The notes under the pieces were generated by a model. That model did not search any database. It saw only the letters and a list, made by a program, of their open reading frames with translations, and was not told the origin of the DNA. Both the position numbers and the translations under genes were made by a program. 64,000 bases of DNA, from assembly GCA_000708835.1 (NCBI GenBank), contig DF237452.1, forward strand, positions 1 to 64,000. The letters are read 5' to 3'. Source of the stretch: Klebsormidium nitens (Eukaryota; Plantae; Klebsormidiophyceae). Shown piece by piece: positions 24,701 to 36,913 of the stretch; positions within the stretch are counted from its first letter, which is position 1, and every line of letters begins with the position of its first letter.

Positions 24701-27700
24701 GAGATCCCCGAGAAGCGGCGCGACATCCGCGTCTCTTGCCTCAACGACTGCTCGGGGCGCGGGGTTTGCAACCGGGGCTTCTGTCACTGCAAGCCGGGGG
24801 CCTTCGGCATCGACTGCTCGCTCTCTCCGGGCACCCCCAGTCTAGTTTTCACTCAGCCGGGGACGCTTCTCGCAACCGGTTCAGAGGGCCGGGATCGGAT
24901 GCAGAAAGACGAGGAGTCGTGGATCTACACGTACGAGCAGTCACGGCGGCCGATCTTCATGGCGAGGAAGCGCGCGAAGGCCGAACTAGAGCAGGCGGGG
25001 TTCGCGGACCCGCTCTTTGTGCCGGAGCCGTCGCCGTCCGCGACACCGATGAAGAGCTACGGGCCAGGTGGCTGGCGGAAGCAGGTGCCACGTGGCATCC
25101 CTCAGGGCGTGCCAGGTGGCGGCGCGGACGTGGAGTACATTCCGTTCATTCAGCCGCAACTGATTGAGGCAAACCCCGCTGTTCTGCAGCAGGCGATTGA
25201 TTCCGCTTTGGGGGGGGTGGAAACGGGGCAGGAAGCGACCCCCTCCACGAATCCCGCTCTCCTGCAGCAGGTGATTGATTCCGCTCTGGGGGGGGGGGAA
25301 GCGGGGCAGGAAGCGACCCCCTCGCCGCAGCAAGCGGCGGTTGCGGCGGTCGTACTAACCGGGCAGTCAGAAGAGCAGGTTACGGAACTAACCGGTAATC
25401 CCGCAATGGATGTGGGAGCGGCAGAGGGGGAAGGCGACAAAGAGGTTTTGGGGGGGGTCGTTGAGCAGGGCGAGGAGGGGGGGGCGCAGCGGAGGGAGGA
25501 GGTTGAAACGGCGGAAGAGGAAAACCAGGGGGGAACTAGGGGCGAGGGGGAAACGGGTGTGGATGACAGTGCAGGGCCGGAGGAAAAGGCGATCGAAGCT
25601 TTGGAGGAGGGTCTGCCTCTAGTGGAGCACTTTGAGGGAGTTGCCGGGGATGGAGGGGAGACGGGTGGTCTGGTCTTGGAAGAGGATCGAACGGGTGGGG
25701 GGGAAATGGGGCAAGAGATTTTGGGGGAAGAGCAAGACACTCTAGGCGGAGTGCAAGATACTCTGGGGGCGGAGGGCGAAGCAGACGGGGAGGTAAAAGA
25801 ATGGGTTGGTCAGGAGGATCCGGGGAGAATCGGGGAAGCCGTTGACGAGCCAGCAGAGGAAACGCCTCAGTTGCGGAGATCGTCTCGGTTCCGAAAAGTT
25901 TTGGAGTGGGTGGAGTTCAGAGTGGGCGGTGAAGAGCACCGAGGGAAGATGCGAGGGGGCGGGGTGGGCAACCGGGCGCTTCTGCTCGTCCAGGCAGGGG
26001 TTGATGAAGTAGATCCGAATGAGTTCACCGAAGAAAAAACCCCGGACCAGTATCGGGGCGCGGAAATGGTTTCCAGAGGCGCCGCTCACGGAACCGCTGT
26101 TTCCCGGGGATTTAACCGGACCGCGAATCGGAACCCGTTCTTCAACCCGATGAGGACGCCTTCCCCGTCGGAAATGGACGAACTGTATCTAAACCAGACG
26201 GTGCAGAACCTGATTCGGCAGGAGGAGATGCGGTGGTTTGCGCTGAAGCGCGCGTATCCGAACAACACGTTTTACCAGAAGCCGCTGAGCCTGAACATTA
26301 CGCAGCTTCGGCAGACCGCAGTAATCCAGCTGAGAAACGTGCGCCTGCAACTAGAGATGCAGCAGCGGATCCGCGAGGCGAAACTAGAGGAGGAGCGGCG
26401 GTTCGTCGCGTCACTCGCGCACATGCGCAACAAGACGCGCGGCAGGGGGGCGGCGCAGCCCCTGATCTACGTGTACGAGCTGCCCCCCCATTTGAATACG
26501 TGGACGTACGTCCATTCCGGGGCGGGCGCGGATCGGACGGCGCCGGTGATCTTTCTGGAGCGGCTTTTGCATTCCCCCCACCGAACGACGGACCCGAAAC
26601 TCGCCGACTTTTTCTTTGTACCCGCTTGGCCGCGTTGGCACCTCAACCGGGGGCCGTACCTAGAGTCCGTCGTCCAATACCTGAGAGCCACGTGGCCGTA
26701 CTTCGACGCTCGGGGAGGCGCCGACCACATCTGGTTCACGACCGACGACTGGGGTCCGTGCGAGGAAACCGGGTTTAGGAACCGGGTCATCGGCGCGGGG
26801 GTTCTGCTAACCTTCTGGGGTTACGACAAAAACGCCCGGAATGGGGGGGACGAGCCGTGCTTCATTCCCGGGCAGGATATCGTTGTCCCTCCGAATTTGG
26901 AGTACGACATTCTGGCGAAAAGGAAGGAGGCGGAGGAGCGGGGCCGGTTGAGAATCGGATTAAGGAACCGCACGAACTGGTTCTACTTTGCGGGGAGCTC
27001 CGGCCGGCTGGCAGAGAGCACAGGGACGGGGCGGAAGGAGTACAGCTTTGGGGTGCGCCAGGTGAGGGTTACGAATGTTAACCGTGAAATTGAATCTAAC
27101 TCGTCTTCCGTCGTTAGGTCTTCTCACGTGGAAGTCAAGAAGAGCAGCAAGGTCCATTTGAGTTGCTTCAAATTTGAAACTGTTTGGGCTGAAGGACGAT
27201 CGGTCCTGTTGTGGTACACCCAGCGATATAATACTGTCTGGGTTCTTATCTGCACATTCGTGAGCTTTGACTAGGTTGTCTGTCTCCTGAATCTGCTCGA
27301 CTTGGGCGCAGGTTGTGTTGTCAGTGGTTTCCGATCCCGAGTCTGAGCTTGAGGAAAGCAGACTCTATCGAAAATGCTTTGTTCTGTTTGTGGCTGCTAG
27401 TCCCGTTATGCTAATTGAGGTGTGCAGCAACTCGCTGACTCAAAGATCGATTGGAAGCAGAGAAATTTTAACTTTAGAAAGCAAAGGCAGAATAGGGAAA
27501 CGTGCATCCTGTGCTTTCAACCGCAGGGCTTAACCTGCCGTGCAGAGACTCTCCCCTTTGGCGCAAAGCAAACAAGTTGACGGTTACCATTACCGATCAA
27601 TCGCAAAAGGCGGAGTACAGTGATTGGGCTTTGAGCCAAAAACTAAGCTCGTTTGCCTTCGACAACTAAATGCGCCGCACTGTCGCAGGCGGTTTTCGAC

Positions 27701-29652
27701 CACTTCGAAGACGACAACCGGTTCAAGCTCGAGGAGCTGCGTTTCGGCGCGTCGGACTACCTGGCCGAGATGGCCAACTCCCTCTTCTGCCTCGCGCCCT
27801 CCGGCCACGGATGGGGCACCCGCGCCACGCAGGCGGTCATCCTCGGCTGCGTCCCTGTCGTCATTCAGGTGGGTGACGTCAGCAGGGAGGTTAGTACGGA
27901 CGTCAGCAGTGGTCTTTTTAAAGGTCTGAGGTTTAGAATCTTGATATTGTAGAACACCGTCTGGCCATCTGGCTGGGGCACCCGCACCACGCAAGCGGTC
28001 ATCCTCGGCTGCGTCCCCGTCGTCATCCAGGTGGGTGACGTCAGCAGCGACGTCAGCAGTCGTTCTCAAGGCTCTGGGGTTTACACGTCTGATCCCGTAA
28101 GCACCGCTCGGCCACGTGGCTGGGGCACCCGCCATGCAAGCGGTGAGCGGCCCCGGTGTCGTCCAAGTGAGTGACGTCAGCAGCGACGTCGATAGTGGTT
28201 TCTAGAGGGTCTGGTTTTGAATTGGTATTGCGCTTCGCAACGCACCACCTGGCCACATGGCTGGGGCATCCGCCCCATGCGAGCAGTCAATCTTGGCTGC
28301 TTCCCTGTCGTCAGCCTGGTTTGTGACGTCAGCAACTAGCTCACGTCAGCAAGAGTCTCGAGGTTATAGAATGGTTGTCCTTTCCTCGTCCATCACGGCT
28401 TGGGTACCAAGCGCTTATGCTGGCGGTGCCTCTTGCTTGCGTCCCCTCCGTCAACCATGCGCACAACAGGGTTTTGGATCCAAGGTCGTTCGGCGTTCAA
28501 TTGTTTTGGAGTCCAAGTTTGCCTTGTGCCATTTGAGTTTCAATAGCTTTAGCCTGGTCAATCGCTCGTCTGCACGCAAGTCTGCTTCCACGTTCTTAAC
28601 GTCGGTAACGACGTCAGCGCTTTCAGAGCCCAAGCTCCTCACGTATGGGTAAAAGAGTCTGGCGGCTGAGCTGTGAAATGCAGCATCTGGAATGACGTCA
28701 TCGCCGTTGAATTCTGAGTCTCTTCTGGAAAGACGTACAACTTGCCAAAGGACAGCGTCGCAGAAGAAGTGGCAGACAGTGTAGCAGCAGGTGCGCGGAA
28801 CTGGAGGTACCATATGACCGAGTGACGGGTCGAGGTGTGCTTCAATGATGGTTCGAAGAACCGGTCCCTTTAGTGGCGGCTTGATGGCCGGCGTTGGAGT
28901 CAATGTGTCGCTCTAGGCCTGGCTGGACAAGATGCTTTCAAAGGATAACGATGTGTCGCAAATTCTATTGTGCAGAACGATGTGACGCAACCGTTTGAGT
29001 ACGATTTGATTGACTGGGAGACGTTCGGCGTCCGGATCCGGAACGAGGATGTGCCACGTATCCCCCAGATCCTGGGAGCGATACACGTGACCGAGATCGA
29101 GAAGAAGCAGAGGATTATGGGGCAGGTGCGTGATACGACTTCCCAAAATATTCGTTTTTGCTGCTGAGATGTGAAGCGCTCTTTCGCGTCCTTGATTTGT
29201 TTCGCTCACCGTGCTGGAAACAACATCTGTTCCCATCCTTTTTTTCCGTTGGGTTGAGGTGATTATCCGAGTGCCCCCTACCGGCTTGCGGATCTCCGTT
29301 TTACAGGGAATCTGCATCTAGCAAACAAATTTCCATGTGGAGCTTTAGGGGCTTTGAGGATTGCCTTACAGATCCTCAAAAGTCCTCGGTCAAAGTTGCC
29401 CCGGCAAAACGTTTTCATGGTTGAAATCCAGACTTGTCTTGAGTTCTCAAGCATAGGCATAGCGTCATGGTTCAGCGTCTTATGCGTCTGCAGGTGTGGC
29501 CGCGATTCTTGTGGCAGTCACATTCAGAGGGACCGCTAGAGGTGATTCAAGCAGGTGATTACAAGGATAGCTTGAAGGAGGTGTTGCAGCGTAGGGATGC
29601 CTTTTCTACGACGATGGAGGTATTGCAACAACGGCTTCAAATGGAAGACTAA
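21777..29652 (+). CDS. Exostosin-family glycosyltransferase (GT47) with N-terminal signal anchor and EGF-like domains, 7 exons
   Basis: Exons 21777-22895, 23325-23462, 24007-24167, 24649-27061, 27689-27868, 28976-29125 and 29494-29652 are phase-compatible. It has a TM segment FVLAWVLTAVSTLLLLLSY and EGF-like CGQHGTCNEEMGRCDCPWDHTGRDC and CLNDCSGRGVCNRGFCHCKPGAFGIDC. GT47 motifs are PLIYVYELP, RTTDPKLADFFFVP, GADHIWF, FCLAPSGHGWG and GCVPVVIQ...VTQPFE. Confidence 0.93.
25172..25324 (+). repeat. In-frame 78-bp (26-aa) tandem duplication within the GT47 acidic linker
   Basis: NPAVLQQAIDSALGGVETGQEATPST is followed directly by NPALLQQVIDSALGGGEAGQEATPS. Confidence 0.9.
27953..28340 (+). repeat. 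Three degenerate tandem copies of the GT47 exon 5 3' end plus donor site
   Basis: ggctggggcacccgc...ggctgcgtccc..gtcgtcat.cag|gtgggtgacgtcagc recurs at about 27970, 28117 and 28257, with a period of about 145-160 bp and increasing decay. Confidence 0.9.
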
Positions 29653-31357
29653 GTTAAACGAGAAATTTTTAGAGGAAAAGGCTTCATGTAAACCATTTTA
29701 AGTATGTCGACATTCAAGTGCTCTTCAGCACGTTTCAATGGAGGTGACTCAATGGAGAAGTGTTTGCTCATGCATGATGCAACGCTTTGTTATAAGAGGT
29801 GTAGTGATTGCATCCGGCCCGACGCGGTATTTGAAGTGCATTCTTTTGCATATATGATTCTAATGGCTTTCAAACATGATCAGGAACCATAGATGGTATC
29901 ATTACCTTGATGATGTGCGCTTGAGTTTATGCTAAATGTTATATTTTGTCTGTGAACGGTACAACTTAAAGAAGATTCTGAGTAATATGCACTTGATTGG
30001 TCACTGCATGTTAGTGTCGGTATATCCGACGACACAACGGCAAAGTCGTGGATCGAACTGATTTATCCTATAATTACTACAATTGCATGTCGGGTAAATG
30101 TCTTCATATTTCCGGAGAATTACAGGATGCATATGTCACAGTATGGATATGCATATATTTTCGATGTACTGACGATCGCGACTTACAAGAAGGATGAAAA
30201 TCGTGCGTATACGGTACCTGGGGGGCTTCATGTTGCAGACAGACTCTTTAGAGAGCATGCAGTGATGCGAGCACATGGCCCTGTTAGTAAGAGAGACAGA
30301 GGCAGAGAAGAACTGACCCTGTGATCAGATAAATTATTACAACGTTTGAGCCGAGCTCAGATCTATCTAGTCTCTTTGTCGAATGATAACTTAAGTTTTT
30401 GTGTATGTCACTGCCCTTCAGCCAGCTGGATGGTTGCTGATTTACAAGGAAGGTTGTCAGGATGGGAAGCTGCTCCACTAGCTACACTAACGTAGCTTGC
30501 CTACCTAAAGTATTGCTAGCAACGTTAGCAAAATTCAGGATTTGTAAGGCAAATGTCGATCTCAGTTCCTATACCTCAAAGAATTTGAACACAAGTAATC
30601 AACTGTTTAGACTCGAGTTGGAGAATCTGTACTCGGAAGTGAAGTTTCTCGCTGATGGCTTAGCTTTGTCGCTAAGAACAGTGACGACTAGCTGTTTGCG
30701 CGCGCACAAAGCTCGGGCTATCACTCTTTACAGGCCGGCTATTGGTATTCGAGCAATAGTTGTTCCGGCGGGAGCCTCTTATTTGTTCGCGAGCGGCGCG
30801 CGCTGAAGTCCACTAGCTTGTGGTTCAATGTCCTGTCAGGATCTACACAAGGGCAATCCAAGGACTGGCAGAGCCTTATTGTTGAGCGTCAGTGAGAGAA
30901 CTGACAGCGGTCTAGGGTCTTGAAATACCATCCTCTCTAGTCTAAAAGGCTGGCATCTCGACTTTTCTGTTGGCGTTAGTTGCCGGTCCGCAACGGACTA
31001 CTCTGAAGTTTATTGGCTGCCGCCTGATGGGAAAACGGGCGACACCGCGGCGACCGACAACGACCTGCAGCGCCACCATGTGTGTTAGATCCAAGAATCT
31101 TATTGCAGGTTGGTGAAATGATGTCAACCAAGGAAATCACTTCCTGCGCAGGAGACTGCTGCCAAGAAAGTCGGTTGTCAACCAACGGAAGTGCTCCATT
31201 TTAGGGTCTCGGAAAGGATGCAAAAGACTTCCCAATCCTTTTCTAATGAACTCTATCACAACAGGGCACAAACATAACATCACACGACAAACTTTCAGGA
31301 CATGCTGCAGGAAGTATATGGCAAGGGGATTCGCGCTCACCTTGTCTAGCTGGATAC

Positions 31358-34300
31358 TTAGACGGGTTGGCAGAAGGGATTGGGGCCGTCGGTTCCCCCG
31401 CACTGGTAGAACGCACTCGGGCAGCAGACAGCGGGACCGCTACCACCCGCGGGGTAGCACTGCAAACAGAAGACCGCCCATTCTTAACAATCCAGTAGCA
31501 TTACAATCGGCTCTACGGCCTGACTTTTCCTAGGTTTGGTCTCCCTGTGCAGCGTCTACAAGTATAGCTTTGTGCTGTAAGTTCCAGAGCAGAAAAGACA
31601 AGACTTCTAAGTCGAAGATAAGAGTCGAAACAGAAAATGCTCACAGAATTGAGGAATTGACGAATTTATCATCTGTGACATACCGGTTGGTTGAAATCCG
31701 GATTGGTACAGGTTCCATCCACAGTAGGAGAAACACCGGCCAACAGCGCTGAGGGAGAGGGGGTGGTCCCAATGGGGGTGGCGCCAGAGTCGACACCGCC
31801 ACCTGGAAGAGTGCAGAATTGCACGGCATCGTTCGTGGAGTCGGGCGGGCCGTACTGGCCAGAGCACTGGCTGGGGTTCCTGCAGCAGGAAACGTATTTG
31901 CCGCCAGTGGAGTAGCACTGCACAGCACAAGTAAGAGGGTTAGTGGGGTTACGTGAGTGGTTTGAGAAGGCATGTTTCGATGAAGCATGCAAGTTCGTTG
32001 GTTTCAAGGTAACCTTTACTTCCCACACTGCAGAACAATGCGCGGCGGATGAGAGCAGCTTCACCGAACGAAGAAAAGAGTGCCTACTCAAACGGGGTTA
32101 TAGACTTGACACTTGGACTCCGTCCAAATCCAACACCTAGGCAATATCCTCCTCGAACTCTGGTACTCTGATCCAGACGGGTGGGTCGACTTACGTAGTT
32201 AGCATCGCTTGGGCAGGAGCCGTCAGGATTAGCGGGAACAGTGGTGACTGCAAAATAACGGAGAGAAAGTTTTAGGATTTGTTTTGGTGTCCACCGCCAT
32301 TTACCACGAGAAGAGTACATGCAATCCCCCTACACTACTGAGCACCCAGGATCACGTGGTTGCGAAAATCCACACAGATCGCATGATTGCGAAAATCCAC
32401 AATGATCACGTAGTTGCAAAATTCCACTAAGACCAAGTCTGGATTCGAAAAACCGAGTATTTTGATGCGTTACAACTTTAGGTCGTAACCAAAGAAACCC
32501 ACGCAGCGTCTGTTTCTGAAACTCAGAAGAATCCGAAACAGAGCACTCTCTTCAGAGCTTCGAAGCTTCCTCCTGCATGCGGACTTGTACAAGACATCCA
32601 AGAGAACCCAGTGCATATTCGCAAGAGTCGATCTCTAAGCAAGGGGCGACCAGGAAGAGGCGTCTCCTCACTGTTGCCCTGGAGCAGCTTCCTCATGGTC
32701 GCCTGAACTGCGTGCGTAAACTCATTCCGGGAGACGCGCTTAAGGGCAGGGTGGGCGGCCGCCTGACGCTGGCTGAAGGCCACCTCGAAGGTGGTGAAAG
32801 GAACGGGCGTCACAATAACGTCAGCACCGGTCAGGTCAACGCAGGAGACGGGCTCGTGGTTGATGGTGGCGGGGGGGAGGGGCACCACAGAGAAGCTGCA
32901 AGGACAGATCGTGGCCAAGGTTAGAGATTTGCTTGGTTCAAAAGCGAAATGAGAATTAAATGAATAGAGAGCGTATTTCAATGTGCACAGAAGGATAGAA
33001 GGGCTTGTCCTTGACGCTAAAGGTTGGCTACCATCCAGGGGTAATGTAAAATGCAACATTAGAACCTGCATGCAAAGGGTCACTTAGAAGATCTAATCGC
33101 CAGGTAATGTTCTTTGAGGACACTGTTGCTGATGACAAGCTAATGGCAAGCTGATGTCACTTGAAGCACCCACAAAGAAAGAGAGGCTTCCAAAGATACA
33201 TTTCTGCATGCACCCCACAGGCGCCTTGAGAGCAGCTTAACCCAGTAGGATCAGCAGCGAATTTGGTCCAAGAACTCTCAGGCTCGAAAAAAGCTCAACC
33301 CAGCAGGATCAGAAGCAAATATATGGATCAAGAAAATGTCACGGGGAATAATGGGACCAACAAGGACCTTCTTCACCCACCTCTTGCCAGCAGCCACAGA
33401 CTTCATGACCTGCCACTTGATGTCAGCACCGTGCTTGATGGAGTTGTGGTGCAAGAAGAGGGGAGATCCCTCGACATCGTGCTGCACCATGGTGTGCCCG
33501 CAGAAGCTCCCGGTCTCAGTCTCTGACCCAGCTGCCGCCACTGGCGTCTCCACCATGAAGAAGGGGGTGCCAGTCGCGAGGAACGCGAGCCGGAATGCCT
33601 CCTTGTCTCCGTTCACCAGCTGCTGGAAGGTCGCATCCTTGGCAAGGAAGAATGCGAGGTTGAGAGCGGCCCAAGAGCGGCGCTTGTTGACCACCATCTG
33701 GCCAGACTCCTGCTCCCAGCCCTGGGCAGCAACCTCCAGAATGGACCAGATGGGGTTGGAGGATGCTGTTTGCCAGAAGTCGGGCCAGAAGAGGGCTCCG
33801 GTGGCAAGGTACTCGGGAGAAGAGAAGAGGGCGGCGGGGTTGGACAGGGGGACGTTGTCAGCATCAAGGAAGAGGACCTCCTCAAAGGCAGAGTTGATGA
33901 TGGCCAGGGGCTTAGCCTGCAGTGAGGAAAGGAGAAGGGTTAGTTAGTGCTTTTGCTAGAGGAATAGCAACTCCCTGCTAAGGCTAGATTACAGTCAGCC
34001 AGGAGGTTGGCCTGCTAGAGGAAATTGTGCATGTGCTGAATAGATGGATCAACATTGAGAAAGAAGGGGGACTTGGAGCTGCCAAAAGAAATAATTGCTG
34101 ACTGAGTAGCACTAGTAACCCTCCCTGTCGAGAGACAAGCTCTAGGTACCAAGCAGCAATGCCTACAATATTTTCAGCTCAATTTGAGAAGCATCATGCA
34201 TCAAAAGGTCCAGTAGACACTATGCTCTTGTTGAGAGGACAAATGGGAGAGAATGGTGTATCTGGCCTTGCTATGAGTGAGAGAAACGCAAGTATACAAA

Positions 34301-36132
34301 TCAAGAAGCTTTCCAGAATCGCAAATACAGGGCTCAACACTTCACCATTCACACATGCAGATCAGATTATCCAGAAGGCACAAACATGAACATCAAGAAC
34401 AATCTCAACAGTCTCACAACCCCAAGTCAAGAAGTATTCTCACAATCGCAGGTGCAGGTTAAGAAGCACTCCCACAAAAGCAAGGCGCCCATGCACAAGT
34501 TGAGACCTTTCAACATTTGCAGAGTGTCCCCCACTCTTCCCCGCCCAAAGCAGAAGTGCTAGCTTTCTAAGAGGCAAGAAGTGCGAGCAAGACTACCGAT
34601 ACCACAGGACACTCCCTCTTACCCGGAAATTGCAGAAGGAAGAGCTATTTCATACCCTCATACATGATGAGATAACCACTTCCCTGAACGTTTAATCTAG
34701 TATGAAACATTCCCGCTTCTACCTGATATGACAGACCTCTTACTAATGCAAGGTTTCTTGGACATACACACTTAGTGCAGTAACATCTGTGCGGAAAGCA
34801 TACAACGCTACCTTGGGCGCTACATATGCAGCCTACCCCAACAGAAACAAGGTTGGAGTGGCACTGTTGCCCTAACAGCAGAACAAAGAAATTTGCATCC
34901 TCGCAGCTTTCGAGATCTTTTCGTGAACCAAGGGGTTGACTTCTCAGGGATGCCAGAAATGTCACTACCTGGGGACTGACTGGGTGTTCAAAATGGAACA
35001 CAAGATTCACTCAAAATGCACACAAAATGCACACGTGTTCAGAGAAAGACAACCAACCTGGAACACGCGCTCTCCCTGGCTGGTGACAGTGCTCGTGAGG
35101 TCCTTCGCACTGGCATAGTTGGCTACATTGCGGATCACCAGCTTCCGGTAGGTGCTCGACAGGGTGGCGATAACATCAGCGCTGACCTCACCCGAGTACC
35201 AGATCTGCAAGGGAGGGAGAAAGCAAATTACAGATATTGTCATGTATTGCTCTGGTTCTCCTTGATGTGCACATAGTATTGTCAGCCTGCAGTCCCACAG
35301 GCGAGTGCATAATGCTAGGCGCTGAGCTTAAAGGTAGAAGGACAGAGGAGCTTCTCCATCAATGAGGGAGTCCTGTGAAGAGATGTGGCATTGAGAACCT
35401 GCCGTGTTAACCCACACCAGCACCAAGAACAAACAATTGCAAAGCGCATCATGCACTGACTAACTTTCCTCACATTCTTGAAGTTTCAAGACACTGTTTG
35501 ACCACAACCAGACCGTCACAATGACCAAATAAAGCAATCCTCTATAAGACCCGAACATGGCATAGTGTCATCATAGTTTGTCAACCTAGTTCAGCAATCA
35601 AGAACCAGCTGCCGGATACAGCACCTGCTTTCAAACATCTCAGGTGACTGGGTGGCTAACAAAGCTCACATAGTCTGATTCCTGCGCAAGACCCCCCTTT
35701 TTCTCTGCACTCTTGCACCTCTTCGATCAGATCTGCACTCGTTGTACAATGTACCTCTCCAGATCTCTGACAACAAATTCATTGATTGCACCTGCTGCAC
35801 AAACAATGGCGCCTCACCTCAACAGGAAGGTTGAAGCCTTCAGACTGGAGCGTCTCCAGGATGGTCGGCACATTCACCAGATCCAGTGTAGTCGCCGTTA
35901 TCACCAACCCCCGACCTGAGAAGCGGCCTGTTGGGAACTCAGGAGTCTTAGCCACAACCGACTTCCAGACGGCTGAAAGTTGTGCTGATTGGCTGGCAAG
36001 AAGCGGCCATTGGGGGGAAGACAGGCTGTGGAAGTTGCAATCCACGTGCGGTTCCCGGGGGACGCACGCAGCGGCGCAGAGAGCAATGGCGGACAGACCA
36101 AAGAGCGCCGCGAGGGCTACCCTTGGAGCCAT
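31358..36132 (-). CDS. GT71 / MNN2-like alpha-1,2-mannosyltransferase with signal peptide and two C-terminal six-cysteine modules, 7 exons
   Basis: Exons 36132-35818, 35204-35058, 33916-33381, 32895-32672, 32247-32195, 31917-31684 and 31459-31358; every junction is GT-AG with matching phases (0,0,2,1,0,0). Motifs are GRGLVI, LPVEIWY, KPLAIINSAFEEVLFLDADNVP, TGALFWPDFW, EQESGQMVVNK and GDKEAFRLAF. The C-terminus reads GSCPSDANYCYSTGGKYVSCCRNPSQC...QFC...GTCTNPDFNQPCYPAGGSGPAVCCPSAFYQCGGTDGPNPFCQPV*. Confidence 0.88.
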
Positions 36133-36530
36133 TGCGAACTGCGATTGGAGGGGCGGGGAGAAAGCGGGTGAGAGAATTGTAATCTTGGAACCTTGGATCT
36201 GAAGGCTTTTCAGGCAGAAGGAAGGAGCCGGCTGGTAGGTAGAAGATGATGGCTGACGACTCACAAGAGCTCAGCTCAGAGCTGCAACAGTGCAAAGAAG
36301 ACTGTCTGCAGTGTGCACGAAATGGAAGGACGCCCGCTGAAGGTTGAAGGACCACAGCTGTACCGTAGTAATTACTAGTTACTACCTAATACCGTACACT
36401 CCCACACTTTGCCCAGCGTGAGTGCTCAACTGACAACATACCGTACCGGTACTCCTAGATTTTCGGTACGGAGAACATGTACGGTAGGTTAGGATAACAT
36501 GAGTCAGGGGCGATTCGCACCCGCAGCATT

Positions 36531-36790
36531 TTGACTTTCCGATATTAAAGCTTCTTATCGGATCGGTAAAGTTCAACTTTCCGATAAGTCCTTATCGGTA
36601 CTTTGCTTATCGGAAAGTCACGCCGATCCGATAAGGAATTCTGGCCCTTATCGGAAAATTATGACTTTACCTTTCCGATATCCTTATCGGATCGGCGCAA
36701 AACTCGGGCAACTTTCCGAAAACTCCTTATCGGTACTTTGCTTATCGGAAAGTCACGCCGATCCGATAAGAATCCTATAAGCTTCCCTAT
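36531..36790. repeat. Array of alternately oriented CTTATCGG/CCGATAAG motifs with an internal direct repeat of about 135 bp (fold-back or subterminal-repeat-like)
   Basis: ccttatcggtactttgcttatcggaaagtcacgccgatccgataag occurs at about 36590 and 36725. Inverted pairs are actttccgataag / cttatcggaaagt and cgccgatccgataagg / ccttatcggatcggcg. Confidence 0.75.
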
Positions 36791-36913
36791 CGGGGTTTCG
36801 ACAATAAAGTTTCGAAAATCTCCACGCACCGTCGACAAAATTGCTGCAATCCAAATCAAGTACACAACGTACTGAAAAGTACTGCAAACGGAGCTAAAAG
36901 TAGGGGGGGGGGC

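Noticed and set aside
27807-28340. Repeat-spacer-like periodicity suggesting a CRISPR array (also 54778-55510)
   Set aside because: The units are long, degenerate copies of the host exon junction in a eukaryotic intron, the intervening sequence is also homologous, and there are no cas genes.
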